This document shows positions 25,143 through 36,525 of a DNA stretch of 64,000 nt, piece after piece. The notes below the pieces were generated by a model. The model searched no databases. It was not told where the DNA came from and worked only from the letters and a program-made list of their open reading frames with translations. Source of the stretch: the human T2T-CHM13v2.0 reference genome, Homo sapiens; the NCBI RefSeq assembly GCF_009914755.1, contig NC_060926.1. One strand, written 5' to 3'. The position numbers were made by a program, and so were the translations under genes. Position 1 is the stretch's first letter. The number at the start of each line of letters is the position of its first letter.

Positions 25143-26664
25143 GCCTCTGTGCTTGGGAGCTGCAGGCCTACAAAACATCAAAGAGCAAGAGGAAAGGGCT
25201 GCAGGGCAGCTGAGGCAGAGAGAGAGTGGAGCTGGACTTGGATGGGGAGTTTTGGTGCAAAGAGAGGCCACGTGGCTCCCCAGAGCACCAGGAGAGAGCA
25301 GTGATCTGCTGATCTTCTGAGTTTTAAAGTAGAAAACTTCTGTGTGCTTGCATTTACATATAACCATGAAGTAGGAATGAGGAAGAGAGTATATGCTGAG
25401 GAACAGAGCCGGGCAGCTCCAGGGTGGGCAAAACCCAAAGCTCTGAGTCCAGGGGCACTACCAGTCCACACGTGCCTGGGGCAGCTCTCAAGATCCAAGT
25501 GGGCATGGACACAGAGCTGGCCCTCCTTAGGGTCCTTCATCTGAGGGTTCCTGCAAGTCGGGGCAGCAGCCTCGGCATGAGGTGAGGGGCTATCAGCCTA
25601 CCAGGGCAGAACCCCAAACTGGGCTAACCAGCCGGAGGAATGCAGGGAGGGCTCCCAGGAAAGGGCTGCCTGGCTCTCGGGGACCTGGTCCACAGGTGGG
25701 GGAGAGAGAGGGTAGCCACAGCCCCTTGCCCCACAGGGCATCTGGTGGTTCTTTTCATTGGCAGTCTAGGTGGGTTGAATGGCAGACTTCCACCAGCTCA
25801 CAGCTGGGGAGGGTGACCCCAGGTTTCTGGCCCAGGATGCTAAAAATTGATGAGAAGACTAGGAGAGGGCCAGGTGGGTGCCGAATAATCTGGAGTCTGT
25901 GCTGGGGAGGCGTGGTGCGCGGCACTTACTGGAGAGCCTCATGGTGACGTGTAGGGGGTTGGCTAGACAAGTCGAGTTCATGGAAGAGTTGCAGGCTGAA
26001 AAACAAACTTCTAGAAGGGAATTGCCCAGGGACAGGTTTACACTTGGAAACGCACCTGTACTCCTGCCGTCTAGGGTGAGCATTCTGTGGGAACCCAAGA
26101 TCATCCACTGGGGCGGCATGGCCATTCCCTGCCTTAAAATGCCAGCGTGCAGTTCAGAGTTTAGGATCAATTTCACAAGCATTTACTACTCACTCCAGTC
26201 ACCGCCTACTGTCTCCCCAAAACAAAAGCAATAAGAACCCCTGCCATTAAAGGGGTCTCAAGATGTGAGTCTGAATGTAGCCTCTCTAGACACCATCCAG
26301 GGTGGTGACTGTGTCCTCTTCCCAGCTGAGTGGCCACAGGGGGCTTTAAAGTCCACAAGGAGGAAAGTTGGGGTCCACAGGAGCTCCTTGGAAGGCCAGC
26401 AGCCCCCACCTGTTGACTGGGTTTGCTGGGGAGAGCTGGCGGTGGGGGTAGTGAGCTTTGGTTCTTGTGCTTTTAACCCAGAACAGTAGAGGCACCTATA
26501 GATTTCTCTTGATTATTTGGATAGTGGTAACTGATCATTAGTGAGTTGGCTAGTTAATACCGGATTGATTCATTAAATTGAAACTGTGTTACTTTACAAA
26601 TTCAGGGCCCTTTACAGCACACTCTATCCATCCCCTGAACTTGTTAGACAATGGCTGCATTTTC

Positions 26665-26960
26665 TTTTAAATAAACTTTTTATTTTGGAATAATTTTAGA
26701 TTTACAGAAAAGTTACAAAGAGAGTGCAGAGAGCTCTGGGAGATCCTCCATTCAGCTTCCTCCAAGGCTAACTTCCTACATGAAGAGGGTATATTTGTCA
26801 CAGTAAGGGATTGACATTGGTATTACTGTGGACTAAACTCCAGACTTTGGCTTTCATCTTTTTTTCCCTCGAATGCCCGTTTCTGTTCCAGGGTACCCCA
26901 TCGCTGCGGGCATGGCTGCCTTTTTAACTTGGCTGTACCTCCCTGGTTTCTGTGGACAGA
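26665..26960 (-). mobile_element. Old L1M 3'-end fragment
   Basis: ttttattttggaataattttagatttacagaaaagttacaaagagagt... Confidence 0.55.
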
Positions 26961-27605
26961 CTGAAAGTCCAAGCGGACGCTGCCGAGGGAGGCTGGCATC
27001 CTCTCATCGTAAACAAGGTTCTCCAATATGTTACAAAGACTGTTTTTGCCCAGTCACAAATTCAAACCTAGGTCTCCAATCTGAGAGAGGAAAGTGAAGC
27101 TTTCCGTACCACAGAACGGATGTATTTTGGGGTGGTCCGTGAGACGGGTACTGCAGTAGCTCCTCCCGGCTGCACCTACCATCAGCCTGCAGCCATTTAC
27201 TCTGATGCCTTCCCTGGTGCCTGGCAGAGCCACCCAGAACCAGTCCTCGTCAATGATGAGTGAGCAAATGCTGTCTGCCCCATTCAGCCACCTGAGGCTG
27301 CTGGCTGATTCTGGGTATGATGTTAGACATCAGGGCATAACCCAATGCCTGTGAATATGTACCCAGCACAGTACTCAAAAATGCAAGGGCCATTTATGGA
27401 GCATCCATGAGCCATCCTGCTTGGTGCTGGCCGTGAGACTGCAGAGGGGAGTCCCTGCTCCAGACTGTATGTGGGGGGCATGTGGAGTGGGGATTGTCAA
27501 TCACACACATAAAAGAAGAGCTCTCTCCCCATGCAAGGAATACAACGTACCCTAAAATCACAGCGAAAGGAGCCCATCGGCAACATGGAAAGTGCTGGAT
27601 CCTAC

Positions 27606-27894
27606 CTGGGGCGTCTGGAAGCCTCACTGCAAACGGCTGCAGCTGCCTGCAGGAGTGAAGAGTGGCTTCTGCCTGTGTCCAGCAACTCCCAGTCTGGCCA
27701 CAGTGACCAGACGAGCCTTGAACATGCTCTTGAGAAGTGGGCTGCCTGAGGCACTGGGGAGAAACCACTGTGGCTTTTTCTGATGAGCATAGGGACTCCA
27801 GGGTCCAATTATCCCCCTGATGATGGAAAGGCCCACACTGCCAATTAGGTGAGCCTGTGCCTCTGGGGCCAGGCTGGCCCCTGCCTGGCTGAGG
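27606..27894 (-). promoter_or_regulatory. OR6B2: Putative OR6B2 promoter and non-coding first exon
   Basis: Two TAATTG homeodomain sites and an O/E-like ACCCTGGAGT shared with 52024-52309; donor CAG|GTAGG at 27606/27605. Confidence 0.6.
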
Positions 27895-28295
27895 GCACCC
27901 AAGCAGAGGCTGTTGAGCCCGCTCCTGGCTCCCTGTTTGGGCCCTTCGCCCTCCTCAGTGGCTATCTATCTCCCACACTCCCTACTGGAGGAGCTGCTGT
28001 CCATGGGCCACCCTTGTTCCTGCACAGCCCGCACCCTCTGAGGGAAGAATTTGTCCCACCTGACCTCTGTTTCCTCTCTGGTCCAATTTTTCCGACCTCC
28101 CCTGTTCTCGCCACTCTAATTCCATGGCCCCAGGTGCTCCTCAGATAGGCTGGCTCCTGCCACCCCGCTTGGGGCTTTGGGACTCACTGTGCCCTCTGGA
28201 ATGTTCTCCTTCCGCATCAGCCCGCCCCCTCCCTCACTTCCTACAATCCCACACCCAGCCAGGACATTCCTTTTTCCTCCCCTGCCAGATGAGGA

Positions 28296-28475
28296 AAGGG
28301 AGAAACCCTCTCTGGCCTCTCCCAGCTGCCAGGGGAGAAACCCTGTCTGGCCTCTCCCAGCTTCTGGGGGCTCCTGGCTTCAGGGTCTGTGGCACCAACA
28401 CTTTGATCTCTGCATCTCAGGTCACGTCACCTCCCATGATCTGTGTGTCAGATCTCTTCTGTGTGTCTCCTTATA
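28296..28475 (-). mobile_element. MLT1 (MaLR) LTR, left half; contains a ~35-bp tandem duplication
   Basis: gggagaaaccctctctggcctctcccagct occurs twice, then cttctgggggctcctggc...ctgtgtgtc; continues at 35110. Confidence 0.65.
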
Positions 28476-31400
28476 TGAGTGTTTATTATTTTCAAATTTA
28501 TGCATAATAGATGAATATGTTTTTGGAGTACATATGATAATTGAATGCAATTATAATTTGTAAATATCAAATCAGTGTAAATGGGCTATTCATCACCTGA
28601 AATATTTGTCTTTTCTTTATACCAGAAACATTCAAATTATTTCTCTTATGACTATTTTGAAATATGCAATAGATTACTGAAAACTATAGTCACCTTACTG
28701 ATCTCTAATGCTCAGTCTTATTTCTTCTATCAAACTATACATCTGTATCCATTAATCAACCTCGCTTCATCCCGCAGTCCCCTATACCCTTCCCAGCCTC
28801 TCATAACCACCAATCTACTATTTCCATGAGATCCACTTTTTAAGCTCCCACATATGAGTGAGAACATGCGATATTTGTCTTTGTGCCTGGCTTATTTCAC
28901 TTAACATAATGACCTCCAGTTCCATCCATGTTGCTGCAAATAACAAGATTTCATTCTTTTTATGGCTGAATAATATTCCACTGCATATAGTACCACTTTT
29001 TTTAATCCATTCATCCATTGAGGTGGACACTTAGATTGATTCCATATTTTGGCTATTGTGAATAGGGCTGCAATAAACATGGGAGTGCAGATATTTCTTC
29101 AATGTATTGATTTGCTTTCTTTTGGAGATATACACAGTAGTGGAAAGGTTGGATTTTATGGTAGTTCTATGTTTATTTTTTTGAGAAACCGCCATTGTGT
29201 TGCCTATAGTGGCTGTACTGATGCCCACTTTCACCACTTTTGTTCAATCGTAGTACTGGAAGTCCTAGTCAGAGCAATCAGGCAAGAGAAAGAAATAAAA
29301 GGCATCCAAATTGGAAAGGAGGAAATTATATTAGTCTTGTTTGCAGACAACATGATCTGATAGTTTGAAAAACCTAAGAACTCCACCAAAAATAATGTAT
29401 ATTCATCAACAATGAATGAGGGTTCTGCTTTCTCTACATTCTCACCAAAAACTATTATTCCCTGTCTTTTTTAAAATAAAAGCCATTTTAAATGGGATGA
29501 GATGGCATCTCACTGTGGTTTTGATTCACATTTCTGTGATTATTAGTGATGTTGAGCATTTTTTTACAAACCTGTTTGCCATTTGTATGTATTCTTTTGA
29601 GAAATATATATTCAGATCTTTTGCCCATTTTTAAATGAGATCATTTGGGTTTTTTGCTTTTTTTTTGCCACTGAGTTGTTTGAGCTCCTTATATATTCTG
29701 GTTATTAATCCCTTGTCAGATAGATAGTTTGTAAACATTTTCTGTGGGTCGTCTCTTCACTCTGTTGATTGTTTCCTTTGTTGTGTAGAAACTTTTTAGT
29801 TTGATGTAATCTTATTTCTCTGTTTTTGCTTTGGTTGCCTGTTCTTTCCAGGTCTTACACAAGATCATTCTTTGCCCAGACCAATGTCCTGGAGTGTTTC
29901 CGCAATGTTTTCTTCTAGTGGTTTTATAGTTTTGAGTCTTAGATTTAAGTCTTTAATCCATTTGGATTGAATTTTTGTATGTGGTGAGAGATGGGGGTCT
30001 AGTTTCATTCTTCTGCATATGGATATCCAGTTTTCCCAGCACGATTTATTGACGAGACTATCCTTTCCTCATCATATGTCTTTGGCACCTTTGTTGAAAA
30101 GGAGTTCACTGTAAATGTGTGGATTTATATCTGGGTTCTCTATCCTGTTCCATTGGTCTATGTGTCTGTTTCTATGCTAGTAACATGCTGGTTTGGTTAC
30201 GGTAGCTTTATAGTATATCTTGAAGTCACGTCGTGTGAGGCCTCCACCTTTGTTCTTTTTGTTCAGGATTGCTTTGGTTATTAGGGGTCTTTTGTGATTC
30301 CATATAAATTTTAGGATTTTTTTTCTATTTCTTTGAAGAATATCACTGGTATTTTGATAGAGATTACATTTAATCTGCAAATTCCTTTGGGAAGTATTGT
30401 CATTTTAACAATATTAATCCTTCCAACTAATAAGCATGAAGTATCTTTCCATTTTCTGTGTCGTCTTCAATTTTTTTCATTAGTGTTTCATAGTTTTCAT
30501 CTTACAGATCTTTCACTTCTTTAGATAAATTGAGTCCTAGGTATTTTATATTCTTCATAGCTATTATACATGGGTTTGCTTTTTAATTTTTTTTTAGATC
30601 GTTCACTGTTGGCATATATAAATAGTACTGACTTTTGCATGTTGATTTTGTATCCTGCAACTTTACTGAATTCGTTTATTAGTTCTAAACATTTTTTTTT
30701 TTGGTGGAGTTCTTAGGTTTTTCTAACTATCAGATCATGTTGTCTGCAAACAAGACTAATATAACTTCCTCCTTCCCAATTTGGATGCCTTTTATTTCTT
30801 TCTCTTGCCTGATTGCTCTGGCTAGGACTTCCAGTACTATGCTTGAATAAAAGTGGTGAAAATGGGCATCCTTGTTTAGTTCCAAACCTTAAAGGGAAGG
30901 TTCTGAAATTTTCCCAATTCAATATGATGTTAACTGTGGGTTTGTCATATATCGCCTTTATTATTTTGAGGTATGTTCCTTCTAAACCCAGTTTTTTATC
31001 ACAAACAAATGTTGAATTTTGTCAAATGCTTTTTCAGTATCTGTTGATATGATCGCAGTCTTTTTTCTTGGTTCTTTTAATGTGATGTATTACATGTGCC
31101 AATTTGCGTATGGTGAACCATTCTTTCATCCCTGGGATCAATCCTACTGGATCATGGTGAATGATCATTTTAACGTGTTGAATTCAATTTACTAGTATTT
31201 TGTTGAGAATTTTTGCATTTGTGTTAATCAGGGATATTGACCTGTAGTTTTCTTTTCTTGTTGTGTGCTTGCCTGGTTTTGGTACAAGGGTAATGCTGGC
31301 CTCATGGAATGAGTTTGAAAGTATTCTCTCCTCTTCAATATTTTGAAGGTTTGAGTACCATTGTTATTAGTTTTTTAAATGCATGGTATAATTCATCGCT

Positions 31401-34400
31401 GAAGCTACTGGGTCCTGGGCTTTTCTTTGATGGGAGACCTTTTATTACATCTTCAATCTAGTTATTTTTTTATTGGTTTGTTAAGGTTTTCTATTTCTTC
31501 ATAGTTTACTCTTGATAGGTTGTATGTGTCTAGGAATTTATCTATTTCTTCCAAGGTTTCTAACTTATTGGTGTATGGTTCTTCATACCAGTCTCTAATA
31601 ATTCTTTGTATTTCTGTGGTCTCGGTTGTTGTTTCCTCTTTAGTTTGTGATTTTATTTATTTGGGTCTTCTCTCTTTTTTTCTTAGTCTAGCTAAAGACT
31701 TGTTATTTTGTTTATCTTTTCAATACACAACTTTTTGTTTAATTGATCTTCTGTATTATTTTTTAAGTCTCAATTTACTTTCTGCTCTGATCTTTATTAT
31801 TTCTTTCCTTCCACCAGTTTTGGCTTTGGTTTGTTTTTGCTATTCTAGTTCCTTGATGTGTATCAGTAAGTTGTTTATTAGAAATCTTTCTACGTTTTTG
31901 AAATAGGCATTTATTGGTATAAAATTCCCTTTTGCTATATCCCATAGATTTTGGTATATTTTCATTTTTATTTGTTTCAATTATTTTTTAAATTTCCTTA
32001 TTAATTTCTTCATTGATCCATTGGTTGTTCAGAAGCATGTTATTTAGTTTTCATGTGTTCGTGTATTTTCTGAGGTTCCTCTTGTTATTGATTTCTAGTT
32101 TTATTCCATTATGATCAGAAAAGGTACTTGAAGTGATTTATACTTTTTTGAACTTGTTGAGATTTGTTTTATGGCTTAAGATGTGGCCTATTCTGGAGAA
32201 TGTTCCATGTGCTGAAAAGAATATGTATTTCTGCAGCAGCTGGCTGATGTGTTCTATAAATGTCAGTTAGGCCTATTTGGTCCAGTGCATAGTTTAACTC
32301 CCACATTTCTTTGTTGATTTTCTGTCTGAATGATCTGTTCATTGCTGAAAGTGGAGTGTTGAAGTCCCCTGCTATCCCTTTAGATCTGTTTAATGTTTGC
32401 TTTATATACTTGGAAGCTTCAGTATTGGGTGCATAGCTATTTAAACTTGTTATATCCTCTTTCTGAATTGACCTCTTTATCATTATATAGTAACATTGTT
32501 TGTCTCTTTTTACAGTCTTTTATTTGTAGCCTATGTTATCTAAGTATGGCTACTACTGATATTTGTTTGTTTCTAGTTGCATCAAATATCTTTTTCCAAC
32601 CCTTGACTTTCAGTTTGTGTCTTTATAGATGAAGTCAGTTTCTTGTAAGCAGCATATGGTTTAATCTTGTTTCCTCATCTATTTGGCCATTCTGTGCCTT
32701 GTAATTGGAAAATTGAGTGCATTTACATTCCATGTTATTATTGATAAGTAGAGACTTACTACTGCCATTTTGTTACTTGTTTTCTAGGTGTTTTGTAACT
32801 CCCATTTTCGTTTTTTTTTTTTTTTTAATGTCTTCCTTTGTGGCTAAGTGATTTTCTCTGGTAGTATGTTTAATTTATTGCTTTTTTAATTTTTAGTGAA
32901 TCTCTTATAAACTTTTGCATTGTGGTTACCATGAAGCTACAAAAATATCTTATAGATATTGGATGTTTTATTATTTTAAAGAGATGAAGACTTATGTCAC
33001 AAAGAATAGAAACAAACAAAGGAAAAATGAAAACCCTCTACACTAACTCCATCCCCCTCCACATTTTAACTTTATGTTGTTTCAATTTACAGATTTTTAT
33101 ATTGCCTATCTCTTAACAAGTCACTGTGGGTATTACTGTTTTTGATAGAGCTGTCTTTTGGGCCTCATACTCAAGTTATGAATGCATTGCACACCGCAAT
33201 TACAGTATTATAGTATTCTGGATTTGTCCATGTATTTAATTTTACCAGTGAGGTCTATACCTTCACGTGCTTTCTTTCTGCACAGTAATGTTTTTTTCTT
33301 TTGGATTGAAGAACTACCTTTAGCGTTTCTTGTAGGATAGGTCTGATGGTGGCGAATTCTCTCAGCTTTTGTTTGTCTGGTAAAGACTTTATCTCCCCTT
33401 TATATTTGAAGGATATCTTTGCTGCATACAGTATTCTTGACTGACCTTTTTTTTTTCTTTTAGCACTTAGAAAATGTTATCCCACTTGCTCCTGACTTGT
33501 ATGATTTCTGTTGAGAAGTCTGTTGCCAGACAAATTGGAATTCCTTTATAAATTATTTGCTTTTTTTCTCTTGCTACTTTTAGGATCCTCTCTTTGTCCT
33601 TGACCTTTGAGAGTTTGATTATTATATGCCTTGGCACAGTCTTATTTGGGTTGATTATGTTTGGTGTTCTTAGACTTTCTTGTACCTAGGTGTTTATCTC
33701 TTTCTCTAGTTTTGGGACGTTTTCTGTTATTATTTCTTTGAATAAGTTTTCTATTCCTTGCCCTTGCTCAACTCCTTCTTGAACATCAATAATTCTTAGG
33801 TTCAGGTTTTTGAAGTAATTTTCTGTATCTGGTATTGGGTGATCTTCATTCCTTTTTATTCATTGTTTTCTTTTTTCTCCTCTGACTCAGTGTTTTCAAA
33901 TAACCTGTCTTCAAGCTCACTGATTCTTTCCTCTCCTTAATCCATTCATCTCTTGTGAGGCCCTAATGAATTTTTCAGTTCAGCAAAAGTATTTCTCAGT
34001 TCCAAGATTTCTGTTTGTTTGTTTTTTTATTGTTTCAATCTCTTGGTTACATTTCTCTGATACATTTCTGAATTGTTTTTCTGTGTTATCTTGGAGATCA
34101 CTGAGTTTCCTTAAAACTGCAATTTTGCATTGTTGTTCAGAGAGTTCACATATCACTGTCTTGTTGGGGTCTGTCACTGGATCCTTGCTTTGTCCATTTA
34201 AGGAGGTCATGTTTTCTGTTTGCTGTTGTCTCCCATAGATGTGCATCTATAGTTTTTCACTGAAGGGTTAATTATTTATTCCAGTCTTCTCTGTCTGGCT
34301 TGTTTGGCTTTTATTAGATTTGTTTGCTTAGAGACTCCTTGTAATTTATCTATTGATTTTCTTTCTTCCCTCCCTGCCACCTCACTATGTTGCTGCTTTC

Positions 34401-35109
34401 TTTTCAACACTAGATGATTCCTTAAGCCCAGGTTTGCCTCAGCTCTAGTAAACAGTCAGAGTGCCAACCATCCCAAATGAGGGAGGCCCCAGAGGGAATA
34501 TCCTGGTAGTGTGGGAAGGCTGGCTCACAGTTTGTGCCCAGGGAAGGTGTGGAACAAACCTCCTACAGCATGGTGCTGCTGAACTGCCACACTGATTTGA
34601 CATCTTCTTTGGCTGAGTTACAGAACAGAGTCTCCAGAGCTGGGGTTGGTAGTCCTACCTTCCCGCTTTGTCTCTGCTGGCCTTAAGGCTGTTTTTCCCT
34701 TCAGGTGCTAGCAGTGCTAGCAGTGCTAGCAGCACTTCCTGTGGGTTGAGGCTGGGACAGATCTCCTGCCAGGAAACCTAAGAGAGTGAGGAAGCTGGTT
34801 GTCCACCTCAATCTCACTTTTTCCAGCGTAGAAACTGTGAGTCAGGGGGACATTTTCCGTGTCCTTTGTGCTGGGCAGTTTTGGGGAGAGGGATGTCGTG
34901 AATATGGAAGTCCAATTCTCTTACTGTCGGCTTGGAGTTTTTTTCACTTTTCTGTGGTTGCACGATCTTTTTCCTCCTCATATTTGAGTTCTTGGGTATT
35001 GCCGGTGATACTCTTGGTGCTATGTATTTGTTGTTCATTCTGTATGGGGGCAGGGGCAGGTGGAGAAGCCAGCTTCTATGCCATCATTAAAGAACTGGAA
35101 TTCCCCCCC
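28476..35109 (-). mobile_element. Near full-length, decayed L1MA-type LINE-1 (~6.6 kb) inserted into the MLT1 LTR
   Basis: ORF1 remnant ELSEQQCKIAVLRKLSDLQDNTEKQFRN (33980..34246). EN remnant YAPNTEASKYIKQ...GDFNTPLS (32169..32483). RT remnant [13 protein letters not shown] (30713..30922). C-terminal FAATWMELEVIMLSE (28818..29030). Approximate TSD TGTGTCTC(C)TTATA. Confidence 0.9.
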
Positions 35110-35298
35110 ATGTGTCTCTTATAAGGATGCTCATCAATGCATTTAGGGCCCACCTGGATAATCCACACTGATCTCCCCATCTCCAGATCCTTAATTTAGT
35201 TACATCTGCAAAGACCCTTTTTCCAAATAAAGTTGTATTCACAGGTTCCAGAGATTTGACATAGACCTATATTTTGGGGCCATTTTTCAGCTGACTAG
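35110..35298 (-). mobile_element. MLT1 LTR, right half
   Basis: tctcttataagga...ttagggcccacctggataatcc...tacatctgcaaagaccctttttccaaataa...attcacaggttcc. Confidence 0.75.
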
Positions 35299-35319
35299 AG
35301 CTGATATATTTTTTTTTCC

Positions 35320-35516
35320 TTAGCATGTATGCCTGAATACCATTCTGAGTATTTTACCTATTTATTTTGTGTATTTCTCTCTCATCTAATAGATTGTAAA
35401 CTGTATGAGGACTGAGATTTTTGTCGATTTTGTTCATCATTTACCTTGAGTGCCTAGATTAGTGTCTGGCACATAGTAGGTGCTTAGATGAATAAATGAG
35501 TAAATGAATGAATGAC
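35320..35516 (+). mobile_element. L2 3' end
   Basis: gtgtctggcacatagtaggtgctta...aaatgaatgaatga. Confidence 0.7.
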
Positions 35517-36525
35517 TCAGTTGGTTGTGACCAGAGAAGGGTATGGACAGAGAAGATGGAGTAATTTAACAGGAGACAAACCATGTCCCAGCCCAGCTGC
35601 CCGGGGAGGAAAATCAGCTCTCCACAGCCCTGAGAATGGCACCAGTAGCATCACTCTGAGCCTGTGCCTGGGTCCCTGGGCTGGCTACCCGGCCTAGAGC
35701 CCTTCCTCCAAATAAGGCAGGGACATGGGGTCTGACTCAGCAGGCCAAGTCGGGGTGGAGACCCAGATGATCAAATGCACATGAAGGAGGCAAACCCAAG
35801 GTCATGACACCCAGGAGACCCAGGAGGGAGGTCCTGACTGTGGATGGCAGGAAGTCTCAGCGCTCACTCTGTACCAACTGAGAGGGCGCCAGAGACTTAG
35901 AGGAGAGCAGTGGACTCTGGAAAGGACATGAGCTGGAGGTGGACAGTCAGTGGACAGTGGTGCTTCTGTGCAACAACGTGGGTGTCCAGCAGCAGCCTAG
36001 GGGTTGGCAGATGTGGAAGAGACAAGTGGGTTTTAATGGGGTGGACACAGGCTCTGCAAATGGATCCAAACTCAGTCAGAATGAGTACAGAAGAGGAAAA
36101 GCAACTTTTCCATAACTCAGATACAGATACAGGCAGATTTTAGACCTTCATCATTTCCCAGTGTTGGGACGTACAGTGGTGGCTGAAGCACCGCTGTGCA
36201 ACCTTCCTGCCCAGACAGCTGCTCCAAGCCAACTGGGTTCCCAGGGGTCCGAGTGTCCCTTCCCCTGGCGAGTGAGAGCAGACCTGGGCGCCTGGGAGCC
36301 AGCAGGGAACTGTCTGGTCCAGAGGAGGAGTGGGCTTCAGGGCCCTGTGCAGCCTGAGGATGCACGACTGACTACAAAACAGTTTCTATATTAAAACCAG
36401 ACTCACAAGGCCAATTCTAGAGTGGGCTGAAGCTTACAGTATGAGCTGAAGAAGCTTTTCTTGGTTGTCTCTGGTTCAAAAATGTGCAGAGGACTGAATG
36501 GATGCCAGAGTTGATAAAGATAGAC

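Noticed and set aside
24615-25304. 229-aa plus-strand ORF and similar ORFs antisense to the OR genes
   Set aside because: Shadow ORFs caused by high GC3 codon bias; the equivalent frame is broken by a stop in OR6B3.
25143-25367. N-terminal extension of the OR6B2 ORF to 387 aa (and of OR6B3 to 395 aa, 40786-40977)
   Set aside because: The extensions cross a splice acceptor (ttttgtag) into intron. The canonical start MSGENVT, with its N-glycosylation site, gives normal OR lengths.
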